Assembly (NCBI GenBank): GCA_965215565.1
Contig: CBDCDZ010000004.1
Location: 1,856,001-1,920,000, forward strand
From: Trueperaceae bacterium
GTDB taxonomy: Bacteria > Deinococcota > Deinococci > Deinococcales > Trueperaceae
Length of the DNA stretch: 64,000 nt
Direction: 5' to 3'
Shown here: piece by piece, positions 31,192 through 45,529 of the stretch
Layout of the letters: every line of letters starts with the position of its first letter
How positions within the stretch are numbered: position 1 is the first letter of the stretch
Notes under the pieces: model-generated
What the model saw: the letters and a program-made list of their open reading frames with translations, nothing else
Told to the model about the DNA's origin: nothing
Databases searched by the model: none
Program-made: the position numbers and the translations under genes

Positions 31192-31625
31192 TGGCGAAGG
31201 CGATCCAGTACAAATACGAGCCCTCGCCCCCGCCCGTCGATACGGCGCAAGACGACCTCGACAGGCTCGTAGGAACCTTGCACGAAGAGGGCATCTTCCG
31301 CATCCTTAACAGCGCCATCTCGCAGAAGAACGGTGTTTTAGAAGTCGCCCTAGATCAGCTCGATTCGAAGGGCGGGCGTAACCTGGTGGACAACGTCATG
31401 GTGCTCATCAAGGCGCTCACCGTGACCGACCCGGACGGCGCGCAAGCTTTTCTAGACGGCACGCAGAAGGGTTTAGTCAAGGCGCAAGAGAGCCTCAAGG
31501 ACGACCCGCCCGGCGTCACCGCGCTTTTAGCTAAGCTCTACGATAAAGAGGTGCGGCGCGGGCTTTATGCTGTTCTGAGTTTACTCGAGGGCTTGGGACA
31601 ACACCTTCACGAAGTTAAGAAATAG
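31191..31625 (+). CDS. DUF1641 family protein (FDH-associated)
   Basis: MAKAI start, L.DKEVRRGL motif, coupled to the FDH stop codon. Confidence 0.8.
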   Translation: MAKAIQYKYEPSPPPVDTAQDDLDRLVGTLHEEGIFRILNSAISQKNGVLEVALDQLDSKGGRNLVDNVMVLIKALTVTDPDGAQAFLDGTQKGLVKAQESLKDDPPGVTALLAKLYDKEVRRGLYAVLSLLEGLGQHLHEVKK

Positions 31626-31631
31626 AGTTTT

Positions 31632-31668
31632 AGGAGAGGGCGAGACCGACAAACCTCTTGCCCTCTCC
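31632..31668. terminator. Hairpin after the FDH operon
   Basis: ggagagggcgag...cttgccctctcc. Confidence 0.6.
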
Positions 31669-31824
31669 GAATCTGTCCACTTCGTGTAGTCCAATCAGTG
31701 AAGTACCTTGCGCGTTCCCAGCAGCGTCATCGTTCAGAGGAACGGTGTTTCATACCTAAGTTTTATACACAACTGAAAAAGGATGACATGGAGTGCCATC
31801 CTCAAATCACTTCGTTAGTGTGCT

Positions 31825-32745
31825 TTAGCCCGGTAGTTGCGCCACCTCTTGCAGCGCCGCTGCCAAGCGCCGCCGCCACCTTGCAGTCTGGCGCGGATCG
31901 CACTGCAGCGCGTCGGCGTAGCACGCGAGCGTGTGGTGAAGCTTGTAGACTGATAGACGCAGCGTTTCCCAACGTGAAAGCGCCCCGTAGCCCCGCATGA
32001 AAGCATCTTCGCAGCCGAGCCTCTGAACCTCGTTCCAGAGGGCAGCTAAGTCGGTCATAGGATCGCTGCGCTGCGCCCGCTTGAAGTCCACCGAAGCGAT
32101 GATGCGCGCTTGTGTGTCCGACCAGAGCACGTTATACGTGGTGGCGCTACCGTGACAGAGGGCGATAGGGGCGTCGGTGAGCAGCGGACGAGTGCGCTCG
32201 AGCGCTCCGGTCAGCACCGCCGTGTCGATGGTGTCGTCATTGGTAGTCAAGGGTAGCAGACGCCGCCAAGCGGTCTCGAGGTGCGTCTCTAAACGCTCCC
32301 CTCGCGCCTCCGGCAACGCCAAATCGCCCGCCCGCTCGAAGCGGATACGGTGAATTAGGCGCAGCGCGTGTCCCCAAGAGCGCACCGCTTGCTCGCGCTG
32401 CGCCGCGTTAAGGCGGGGCCAAGCCTCAGCCAAGGTGGGCTCGGGCAAGTACTGTGTGAGGAGATATGGATACTCGAGCCGTGAACGGGTCGTGTCAGCG
32501 CGAATAAGGGGGGGCGTTAAGTTGGGCAGAAGGCTGATCGCGGCGACGTAGCGCTCGACGCGGGGTTCTTGGTCGCGCTGATTGATCCATAAGACGTGTT
32601 CTTCCCCGCTTGCCAGCAGCAGATAATAGGCAGCGTTGAGAGGGGTGGTCTCGAGTCGGTGCCACGCCAAAAGCGGCTCATCGATCACGCACGCCAGTCG
32701 GTTGGGCGGTAACACGCTATGTGATGGCGCTACATCTGTAAGCAT
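31825..32745 (-). CDS. Aminoglycoside-phosphotransferase / choline-kinase-like protein with a non-canonical catalytic loop
   Basis: YLLTQYLP, G.ALR.IH, LCHGSATTYNVL, VDF and DPMTDLA. Confidence 0.75.
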   Translation of the reverse strand: MLTDVAPSHSVLPPNRLACVIDEPLLAWHRLETTPLNAAYYLLLASGEEHVLWINQRDQEPRVERYVAAISLLPNLTPPLIRADTTRSRLEYPYLLTQYLPEPTLAEAWPRLNAAQREQAVRSWGHALRLIHRIRFERAGDLALPEARGERLETHLETAWRRLLPLTTNDDTIDTAVLTGALERTRPLLTDAPIALCHGSATTYNVLWSDTQARIIASVDFKRAQRSDPMTDLAALWNEVQRLGCEDAFMRGYGALSRWETLRLSVYKLHHTLACYADALQCDPRQTARWRRRLAAALQEVAQLPG

Positions 32746-33168
32746 TGCTCCCTTTCTCTCGCTTGCCCCTTAATCTTATCTTAATTATTCTACACTATAC
32801 ACGTGTTGAGATGCTGAGAAAGTAAAATAGCCGACGACCCAGCGAAGTCGACTTTGAGCCTCTAAGATTCACTTTTTACTCTGATCGCAGTGGTTTCTAC
32901 AGCGTCATGCGACCTAGTAGTGAAGGCTCTGTCCTACACCACGACATTCGTCACCAGACGATCTTTAACAAATACACATGAATTTCATCAATGTACCTGA
33001 GATTACGTTATTGTGGATGCGCTTTCACACCGGAGCCGGAAGAACAATTCTCGGTATAACGGGAAAAGAAGTAAAGAACTTCGTCCGTTTTCCTCGTTCT
33101 ACCTACACATCTACCCCTTCTCACCTGCTCGAGCGCGCACGGCTACCGAAAAAGCGCTAGAGGAGCGA

Positions 33169-36728
<3,560 letters not shown>

Positions 36729-36732
<4 letters not shown>

Positions 36733-37253
36733 ATCCTCTTGACCTCGTCTTCGTTGTCGTTATCGCCGCCACTACGGTCTGCGCCGCGCAGCGCAAACTC
36801 GCCGGTCTGCTCGTCGGGCTAGGCGGCGTCCTCTTACTCAAGCCGCTGCTGCTCCTCGCGCAGTTCAGCCCTTTCGTCGGACTCACGCTCGCGCTCGCCT
36901 TCGGCTTAGCACTAGGCTTCGCAAGTCGCTACTTGCCCCCGCAGACGAAGCTACGTGCGCCGCTACGCACGCTCGCGGGCGGCGTCGGCGGCTTCGTGCT
37001 GGGTTGCACGCTCGTCCTCGCCGCGACGACCGCCTTACCTGTAACGAGAGACATCAACGACGCCATCGTCTATCCTCCCAGGGACGCGCCGCTGAGCGCC
37101 ACCTTGCAACGCTCACACCTCATCGGCTTGGGGCGTGATATTCTGCTCTATCCGCTCCTAGACCGTGAAGGTCTCATCTCACCGGAGCGGCGGGCGGTAC
37201 TGCGCTCTTTGCACGGCTTGCTCGTGGCGCGTCCCCCCTGGGAGCGAGGTTAG
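36729..37253 (+). CDS. Hypothetical membrane protein
   Basis: Hydrophobic ORF whose start overlaps the pheT stop (ATGA). Confidence 0.7.
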
Positions 37254-37274
37254 TTGGCGTATCGAACTCGAGGA

Positions 37275-37640
37275 AGCGCAAGCCCTGAAGGGTTGCAAGC
37301 TCTTTAGGTGACGAGGTGGAGGGCTCTAGGTTTCGTTCGTTCGGTATTTCTCGGAGTGAATGTCACGCTAGAGATAGATGCAGGGAACGGTCTAGCGGTT
37401 ATAGGCTGAAACAGTGATCAACTAAGTTGGAATAGCGCAAGCATCATCTCTGAATGTATACGTGAGACTAGCGCTTCATCGGCTTAGACTGTTTCTGACC
37501 AGACGATACCTGCTACAAAACGCGAAATTAAGTCTGCGGGCCCCTCCTGAGACGAACCCCTCACTCGAGGCACTGGGTTCACCCCGAACGACAAAAAGTA
37601 AAAAAGACGACGGCGCTGAAAGGTTAAGCGTCACGGAGCG
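37275..37640 (+). ncRNA. glmS ribozyme-like RNA with a large internal insertion (3' boundary approximate)
   Basis: AGCGCA (37275), P1 hairpin cctgaagggtt/agctctttagg, GACGAGG-TGGAGGG (37310-37323), then TCTGCGGG-CCCCTCC (37533-37547) and P3-like gaaccc/gggttc. Lies upstream of glmS. Confidence 0.7.
37437..37515 (-). repeat. Miniature inverted-repeat element, copy D (inside the glmS ribozyme-like RNA)
   Basis: gcaagcatcatct...gaccagacgatacctgcta, reverse orientation relative to copies A-C. Confidence 0.75.
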
Positions 37641-37831
37641 CCGCCTGTTGTCAGGTCTACACTTGAGGCGTAGGTTTGCCTATCGTTGGTAACTGTCAAC
37701 TGACGATTCAAGCTCCTCCATAGTGAGTTTGCAGGGCCGGAGCACGAACGAACCGTGGTCCTCAACCGCTAAAGCTGCCTCAATCCTGCAGATTTGGGCA
37801 GGAAATATTTAGAGCTATAAGGGTTGAGCGA

Positions 37832-37906
37832 AGTAGGTATCATCACCCCATAGGGTGCGACACGCTTCAACCCCCACGACTAGCTCGAACGAGATGATAC
37901 CTACTA
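37832..37906. repeat. Miniature inverted-repeat element, copy E (abuts the glmS RBS)
   Basis: agtaggtatcatc...gatgatacctacta, followed by ttaaggag. Confidence 0.7.
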
Positions 37907-37919
37907 TTAAGGAGTTTCT

Positions 37920-39755
37920 ATGTGCGGCATTGTGGGTTACGTTGGGCACCGCCAAGCAACCGAGGTGATCATGGACGGGCTGAGGAGGCTCGAGTACCGC
38001 GGCTACGACTCAGCCGGTGTGGTGGTATCACCGCGCGGCAGCAGCGACGCGCACCTCAACCACCTCGACATGGTGAAAAAGGCGGGCAAGCTTAAAAATC
38101 TGGAGGAAGCCCTCGAAACGCGCCCCCTCAAAGGAACACTAGGGTTAGGTCACACCCGCTGGGCGACGCACGGCAGACCCAATGACACGAACGCGCACCC
38201 GCACCTCTCCGAAGACGGTAAGCTCGCGGTGATTCATAACGGCATCATTGAAAACTACGTGCCGCTCAGGGAGAGGCTCATCGAGCAGGGACACGTCTTC
38301 GTGTCAGAGACCGACACCGAAGTGATGGTCCACCTCATCGAAGAGTACTACGAGGGCGACCTAGTCGCCGCCGTGCGCACGGCGCTGAGCCAAGTCACGG
38401 GCGCTTACGCGCTCGTCGTCTCGCACGCCGAGCACGACCTCATCGTGGCGGCGCGGGCGACGAGTCCAATGGTCCTGGGGCTCGGCGAGGGGGAGAACTT
38501 CGTCGCGAGTGACGTGCCTGCGCTGCTCCCCTACACAAGAGAAGTAGTCTTTTTGCACGACGGCGACATGGCGCTCATCGGCGAAGACGGTTTCACCGTT
38601 ACAAATTTCGCTGGCGAGACCCTGGAACGCGAAGTCTCTACCGTCGACTGGGACGCGGAGGCGGCTGAGAAAGCGGGCTTCGAACACTATATGCTCAAAG
38701 AGATTTACGAGCAGCCTACCGTGCTGCAAAATACCTTTGGCAGCCGCTTCGCCGCGAACGGCACCGATGTGCAGCTAGACCTCAATCTCGATCCACTCGC
38801 TTTTGACCGCGTCGTCATTACAGCGGCGGGCACCGCGTACTACTCGGGCATGGTCGGCGAATACCTCATCGAGAAGCTCGCCCGCTTACCTGTGGACGTC
38901 GAAATCGCCAGCGAGTTTCGCTACCGCGAACCTGTTTTAGACGAGCGAACCCTCTGCATCGTTGTCTCGCAGTCGGGCGAAACCATCGACACATTAGAGG
39001 CGCTCCGCGAGGCGCAGCGTCAGGGTGCTAAGTCTCTAGCCGTACTCAACGTTAAAGGGTCATCCATCAGCCGCGAGGTTGACGACACGCTCTATATTCA
39101 CGCCGGACCCGAGATCGGCGTGGCGAGTACAAAGGCGTATACCGCAATGATCGCCGCGTTTGAACTCGTCGCGATCTGGTTAGGACGCGCGCGCGGCACG
39201 CTGAATGATGCGGACGCTGCTGCGCTCATCCACGCGCTACGTCAGACACCGGGATTGCTCGAGGACGCCTTAGAGGAGCGCGAGCACATCGCCCAAGTAG
39301 CCGAGAGATTCAAGGGGCATAGCGACTATCTCTTCTTAGGACGCAGCATCAACTTTCCTACTGCCTTAGAGGGAGCCCTCAAGCTCAAAGAAATCTCCTA
39401 CATCCACGCCGAAGCTTACGCGACGGGCGAAATGAAGCATGGTCCGATTGCGCTTATTGATAGCGCAATGCCCGTTGTCGCCGTTGCAACAGCTTCCGCA
39501 CTTTACGAAAAAACGATCTCCAACTTGCAAGAGGTCAAAGCTAGAGACGGTATCGTTATCGCCCTCGCCAACCCTAACGACACGCAAATTGGGGCGCACG
39601 CCGACGTTGTCATCCGCGCGCCGCAAACCCACGAACTCGTCTCACCACTCATAAACGTTGTCGCGATGCAGCTCCTCGCTTATGAAACAGCCGCGCGACT
39701 GGGTCGCGATGTCGATCAGCCACGTAATTTAGCAAAATCGGTAACTGTCGAATAG
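37920..39755 (+). CDS. glmS: Glutamine--fructose-6-phosphate transaminase (isomerizing)
   Basis: MCGIVG, GHTRWATHG, SQSGET and PRNLAKSVTVE. Confidence 0.98.
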   Translation: MCGIVGYVGHRQATEVIMDGLRRLEYRGYDSAGVVVSPRGSSDAHLNHLDMVKKAGKLKNLEEALETRPLKGTLGLGHTRWATHGRPNDTNAHPHLSEDGKLAVIHNGIIENYVPLRERLIEQGHVFVSETDTEVMVHLIEEYYEGDLVAAVRTALSQVTGAYALVVSHAEHDLIVAARATSPMVLGLGEGENFVASDVPALLPYTREVVFLHDGDMALIGEDGFTVTNFAGETLEREVSTVDWDAEAAEKAGFEHYMLKEIYEQPTVLQNTFGSRFAANGTDVQLDLNLDPLAFDRVVITAAGTAYYSGMVGEYLIEKLARLPVDVEIASEFRYREPVLDERTLCIVVSQSGETIDTLEALREAQRQGAKSLAVLNVKGSSISREVDDTLYIHAGPEIGVASTKAYTAMIAAFELVAIWLGRARGTLNDADAAALIHALRQTPGLLEDALEEREHIAQVAERFKGHSDYLFLGRSINFPTALEGALKLKEISYIHAEAYATGEMKHGPIALIDSAMPVVAVATASALYEKTISNLQEVKARDGIVIALANPNDTQIGAHADVVIRAPQTHELVSPLINVVAMQLLAYETAARLGRDVDQPRNLAKSVTVE

Positions 39756-39780
39756 TAGACTTGTTGTGCAACAAAAATAT

Positions 39781-39847
39781 TGTGGAGAAATAAAAAAGTT
39801 CTGGACTAATAAAAAAGTCCTAGACTTTGGCGAGAAAGTTCTGGACT
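39781..39847 (+). repeat. Tn7-like transposon end with three TnsB-binding repeats
   Basis: Starts TGT 25 bp after the glmS stop. Repeats aataaaaaagttctggact (39789), aataaaaaagtcctagact (39808) and ggcgagaaagttctggact (39829). Confidence 0.85.
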
Positions 39848-39973
39848 TTTGCTCTTGAGTCTCTTAGAATAGATTAGAGCAGCTACTCGTTACAGTAGCG
39901 ACATCTCCGACATCGACTGCGAAGCAAACTGAGCGAGCCTAAGCTCGCTCAATTCTTTGTTTTGAGGAGTCGT

Positions 39974-40522
39974 ATGGCAAGGCGCAACCGAGGTCTCGCC
40001 AAGCAAGCTATCCAAAGACGTTGGAAAGAGGGACGAGGTCAAGGCGAAGGCGAATTCTACCAACCTTGGCTCACCGTTCGCGACGTCCCTTCGCGGGGCC
40101 AGTCCAACCGTCCCTTGGGTTGGAAGACGAAACGGATTCATCACCTCCTGAGTCTGAACGAATTGCGCTACTTCTACCTGCTCGAGTGGGCAACACAGGT
40201 CGCCGACATCCGCGAGCAGTACCCGCTGTGGCCTTTGGAGGAGACTCAGCGCATCGCCGCCGAACTCGGTTTCAAGCACCCCGCCCCGCCAGGCGGCGAT
40301 TACATGATCATGACCTCCGACTTCCTCATCGTCCTGGACGATAGGCGCTGGGTCGTGCGCACTGTCAAGGAAGCAAGTGAACTTGACAATGAGCGGGTCT
40401 TGCAGAAGCTCGAGATCGAGCGGGTGTACTGGCTCGAGTGGGGCGTGGACTGGGGTATCGTCATCGCTGAGGATATTCCGCTGGACTTGGTCGCTAACAT
40501 CCAGTGGTTGCACCCGCACTGA
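39974..40522 (+). pseudogene. tnsA: TnsA endonuclease, C-terminally truncated
   Basis: EGRGQGEG.FYQPWL...HHLLSLNE...DIREQYPL...MTSDFL...KLEIER.YW. Ends shortly after the N-terminal domain. Confidence 0.85.
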
Positions 40523-42098
40523 GCGCGTGTTGTACATGAGTAGCGAAGCCGACGCGGTCGTCGTCATTGAGGTTAAAGACAAGGGTCGCGCCCAACCTGT
40601 GTGGCTCGAGCTGTCCGGTCTCCGAGCTGAACTTGATGGTGGCAATGTCCATGTGCTCAGACACGACCCCTGGCTCGCCCTGCCGCGCGATGAGAAAGAA
40701 TTGATCCAGGCAGAGCGTGAAGGGCGGGACCGCGCCTGGAATATACTCGAGCCCATCGTCCAAGCCGGGACGGACATGTACGACCGCAAGGTGCGTGGTC
40801 GGCTCATCGCGCAAGTGGTCGAGAGCGGACTCGCAGTGAAAGAAACTGTCTACACCCTCCTCTACCGCTACTGGAAGGGCGGGCAGACCCTCCATGCGCT
40901 GATCCCGCGCTACGAGAAGTCCGGCGGTTACAGCCAGGACCGCACGAAGGACGTCGACCACAGCAAGCGGCGCGGTCACCCCACGCTCGTTAAAAAGGTG
41001 ACTGGGCGAGTCATGGGCATCAATGTCGACGAGGACGTCCGCAAGAAGCTCGTGAAGATCGGCGAAGAGTTCTTTGAGAGCGACGAGGGGCTGACCGAGG
41101 AAGAAGCGTTCCGGCGGGGGCTCAGCAAGTACTTCCGTGATGGCTACGATGTCCTGCCGAACGGCGTCCGAGTCCCTATCCTCCTGCCCGACGACCAGCT
41201 CCCTACTCTGGCGCAGTTCAAGTACTGGTACGGCAAAGCCAAAGACCCCGACCGCGCCCTTCGCAAGCGCGAAGGCGAGCGTGCCTATTACCTCAAGCAC
41301 CGTCCCATGCGCGGCGACTCCTCCGCCACCGCCGACCGACCGGGAGCCGTCTACTAAGTGGACGCGACCATCGGCGACGTTTATCTGGTGTCCTCACGCG
41401 ACCCGCGCCTCATCATCGGGCGTCCCGTCGTTTACGTCGTCATCGACCAGTTCAGCCGCCTCGTCGTCGGCTTCACGGTGGGGCTCGAGGGTCCGAGCTG
41501 GATGGCCGCCGTCTTAGCGTTTGAAAATGTTGCGACGGACAAGGTCACTTTCTGCCGTTCGCTCGACATATCCATCACCCCCGATGTCTGGCCGGTGGAG
41601 CACTTCCCGGAGTCCGTATTGGGAGACGGCGGCGAGCTGAAGAGCACTTATTCGGACGCTTTGGCGGAAGGGTTCGGCGTCAACGCCGCGAACACGCCGC
41701 CCTACCGCGCGGACTGGAAGGCCATCGTCGAGCGGCACTTCGGGCTGACGAACAAGCGCGTCCTCCACTGGCTGCCTGCCGCGGTGCGCCGGACCGTGCG
41801 CGGCGACAAGGACTACCGTCTGGAGAGCGCCCTCACCCTCACCGACCTGCGCAAAATCCTCGCCCTCTGCTTCGTCGAGCACAACCAATATGCGCTCATC
41901 AAGGACTACCCGAAAGACCCCGATATGGTGCGGTCGCGGGTGCGGACCAACCCGCTGGAGCTGTGGCACTGGGGCATCGAGCACCGCAGTGGCGCGCTCA
42001 GATACTTCGCCCCCGAGGTGGTGCGCCGCAAGCTGCTGCCGAACGCGAAGGCGACCATGACCCCGCGTGGCCTGCGCTACGGCGGCCAGTACTACGAG
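40519..42098 (+). pseudogene. tnsB: TnsB DDE transposase with an in-frame stop, lacking start and C-terminus (boundaries approximate)
   Basis: RYWKGG..LIPRY, PTLAQFKYWY, AVY*VDAT (TAA at 41355-41357), GRP, GDGGE and KAIVERHF. Confidence 0.88.
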
Positions 42099-43583
42099 GT
42101 ACGCCGTCTCCGAGAACGACACCTGGCGCGACAACCCCCTCATCGAGGCGCTGCCCGGCATCCTGACGGACGACGAGTTCGCGCGGGCGGTCCGCTTCTT
42201 CCCGCCGCAGAGCCCGGAGCTGCGCGGGTACCCCAAACACCTGCGGCTCATGTACATCCAGCGTGCCTTGCAGTTCTTCACACCGATGGAGAACCATCTG
42301 CTGTTGCAGCAGCGGGTAGCCCGCGTTATCCGCGACGGCTACGTCGCTCGTAATCCGGTTAAGGACCTCGGCTGGAACCGCCTCCACCGGCAGCTCGACG
42401 AGCTGGCAGAAAAGCTCAAGTACGGCGTCGCGCCCCACGAGCCGCCTTCGGCGCTGGGCTTCTCCCTCATCGGCATCGGCGGCATCGGCAAGACCATCGG
42501 GATGAACGCCATTATGCGGACCTACCCGCAGATGCTCATCCACCGCTCTTACACGGATAGTACGGGGCGCGAGCACCTCCTCACGCGCTCGCAGATCGTG
42601 TTCCTCAAGCTCGACTGCCCGAACGACGGGACGCTCAAGTCGCTGTGCCTGAACTTCTTCCAGGCGGTGGACCGCATGACCGGCTGCACGCGCTACTATT
42701 GCGATTACGGCTTCAAGGGCAGCAAGCAGCGCACCGCCCGCCACGGAGATGCTGCCCGACATGGCCCGCGTCGCCGCCTTGCAGTCCATCGGGCTCTTGA
42801 TCATCGACGAGATTCAGTACCTCAGCAAGCAGAAGAGCGGCGGGCAGGAGCAGATGCTCCACTGGTTCACCGAACTGGTCAATACTATCAAGCTGCCCGT
42901 CATCCCTGATCGGCACGCCACGCGCCGAGGAGATTCTCAACGCCGCCTTCTGGCAGATGCGCCGCAACGCGGGGCAGGGCGAGAGCGACTGGAAGCCCAT
43001 GATGCAGGGCGGGGAGTGGCACCGCTTCTTGCGTTCCCTGTGGCGCTACCAGTTCGTTAAGAAGCCTTTAGAACTCGAAACCGGCGTAGACGCCAGGGGC
43101 AATCAAATGAAGTGGGTCCCGCAGGACCTGAACGACGCCCTCTACGAGGAATCGCAGGGCATCGCCGACTTCGCTGTGAAGATGTTCATGATCGCCCAGG
43201 AGCGTGCCATCAACACCGGGCTGGAGCAGCTCACCCCGGACCTCGTCCGAGTCGTCGCGGCGGACGCGTTCGGCAAGGCGCGGGAGATCATCCAGGCGAT
43301 CAGGACCAACGACCCGAAGATACTCGCCAAGGTGGACGATGTGAAATTCGACGCCGAACGCGCCCGCGAGGAGGTGAACAAAAAGAAGAAACCTGTCCCT
43401 ACCCATTCACCTCAAGCGCCTGCCAATCACGCTGCGTCGCCCGCGCCTCTACGCTCCGAAGACGCAGCGCTGACCCCGGTGCTGACCACGCTGGCCGAGA
43501 ACACCCTCACGCGCGGCGTGAGTGGCGGCGAGGCGCTGAGCGAGGCGGGTCACGTCCGCTCCCCGCTCGAGTTCGGGGTGTAG
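42099..43583 (+). pseudogene. tnsC: TnsC AAA+ ATPase, two frameshifts, start missing
   Basis: DNPLIEALP, Walker A GIGGIGKT, KLDCP.DG.LKSLC, Walker B IIDEIQ and LYEESQGI, spread over three frames (shifts near 42740 and 42910). Confidence 0.88.
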
Positions 43584-43584
43584 C

Positions 43585-45150
43585 GTGCTCACCTTCTTCC
43601 CGTCTTCCTACGAAGACGAGCTACTTTATAGCCTCCTCGCCCGCTACGCTCGGCTGACCGGCTACAGCAACCTCAAAACGAACCTAAACGACCTGTTCAG
43701 GCGCACGACGGTAACAGCGGTCGCCGACCTGCCGACCCACCTCGGCGCACTCGCCGAACGACTAGCTCCTCTCGGCGGGCTGAGCGCTGATGAGATGATC
43801 GACTGCTACACCTTGTTCCCCTACTACGCCGCCTTCCAGCCCCTAGAACGCCGCCGGAGGGTCCGAGAGGCGATGCGAGGGGATGGCTACCCACACGGGC
43901 TCCTTGGGCTCATGGCGGCGCGGGGTCCTGCCCTGACTGAACGCTTTGCGCTACTGCCCGGTCTGCGCAAGCGGGGAGCGCAAACACTACGAGGAAGCCT
44001 ACTGGCACCGCTCGCATCAGCTTCCCGGCGTGCTCGCTTGTGAGGCTCACGGGACTTGGCTGGAAGAGAGCGAGGTCGTGCTGCCCGCGCCGGTGACGCG
44101 CCACGCCTTCGTCGCGGCGGAGACGGCGGTCCCGTATGACGGGTTCGCCAGGCGGCTGTCACCGGCGCAAAACGGACCGCTCATTCTCGACCTGACACGA
44201 CGTGCCCAGGCCTTAGTGACAGGCTCGAGCCCCGAATTCGATCTGACCGCTCTGCGCTCACGCTACATGAACGCCCTCGCCGAGCGGAAGCTGGCGACGT
44301 ACAGCGGTCGTCTGCGCCTCGAGGCGTTGCGGCAAGACATCGCGACGTTCCTGCCTGAGAACTTGCGTGACCGGCTGGGCGTGCCCCCTGTCGAAAGCTG
44401 GCTGCTGCGGCTCCTCCGTAAGCCCCGCACGGCGGCACATTCCCTACATCACCTGCTTTTGCAAATCTTCTTAGACACCGACCACGACGTACTAGAAACG
44501 CCCATCCGGTTCTTCGGGAAGGGCCCCTGGCCCTGCCTCAACCGCGCCGCCTCGCACTACGGCGAACGACGTGCGGTGCGCAAGCAAGCTGCGGCGCTCG
44601 GTTTGCCCTACGAACGTCCGGGCAGTCGGGCGGAGAACGCAAAAACGTCGGAGAAAGTTCGCTCCAAACCTGAGGAGGTTGCCTTCGCAGAGCGGCGAGC
44701 GGCGTGCCGGAGTACCTGGCTCGAGATGAAGCACAAGCGCCCCAACGCCTCGACCAAGGACCTACGCGCGGACCTGCCTGGCGTCTATATCTGGCTGTAC
44801 CGCAACGATAAAGCCTGGCTCGACGAGAATAAGCCCACGCGCCGTGTGCCTCGAGCGAGCGCCCCCCGCGTCGACTGGGCGCGGCGAGACGCCGACCTCG
44901 CCCGCCTCTTACGCAGGGCAGCCCGACAGGTGCTCGCGGAGGCGAAACCTGTACGTGTGACGCGCGGTCGGCTTGGGCGCATGATCGGTCATGCGGGGAT
45001 GCTGGATAAGAACCTGGACAAGCTGCCGATTTGCAAAGCGGCGTTGGACAAACTCACAGAGTCTCGCGAAGCGTTCGCGGTGAGGCGCATTCGCTCGGCG
45101 TCCTCCCGCTTGCACGAGTCCGGCAGGCAGGTCCCGCGCTGGCAGTTCGT
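43585..45150 (+). pseudogene. tnsD: TnsD/TniQ target-selection protein, frameshifted and truncated
   Basis: FP..YEDELLYS.LARY, frameshift near 43940, RYCPVC...YWHRSHQLPG..C..H, FGKGPWPCLN, Y.WLYRND..WL and RVDW..RD. Confidence 0.88.
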
Positions 45151-45529
45151 GGGGTGCCCACTTCAACTTCGGTCCGAGCCGCCTTAAACGACCACTTCGT
45201 TTTGTGAGGATTTGGAATACGTGCCAGTCCGCTCGGTTCATAACGTCAAAGACTTGCTCTATAAAGGCATCTGGTATGTCTCTGTGAAACAGGTCGGACA
45301 TCGAGTTGACGAAAATGCGCCTCGGCTTGCGCCAGCGTAGCGGTTTCTCAAGACGTTCCTGCCAGAGCTTGAGGTCGAAGCCCTATTCGTAAGGGTGATT
45401 AGGTACACCTCGGAAGCGCTCGGCAAAGCGGAGGGCGTAGCAGTGGTCGCAGCCGGGGCTGACCTGGGTGCAACCTGTGGTTGGGTTCCAGGTGGCGTCG
45501 GTCCATTCGATTGAAGAGTTGATGCTCAT
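45150..45529 (-). pseudogene. DUF5131 (phage Gp37/Gp68-like, three-Cys motif) protein, nonsense mutation and truncated
   Basis: Manual translation [32 protein letters not shown]...PYE*GF...IFVNSMSDLFH...FQILTKR, with TAG at 45383-45385. Confidence 0.88.

Noticed and set aside
39789..39847. 19-bp direct repeats as a mini-CRISPR
   Set aside because: They have no spacers and no cas genes nearby. Position and TGT terminus fit TnsB-binding sites.
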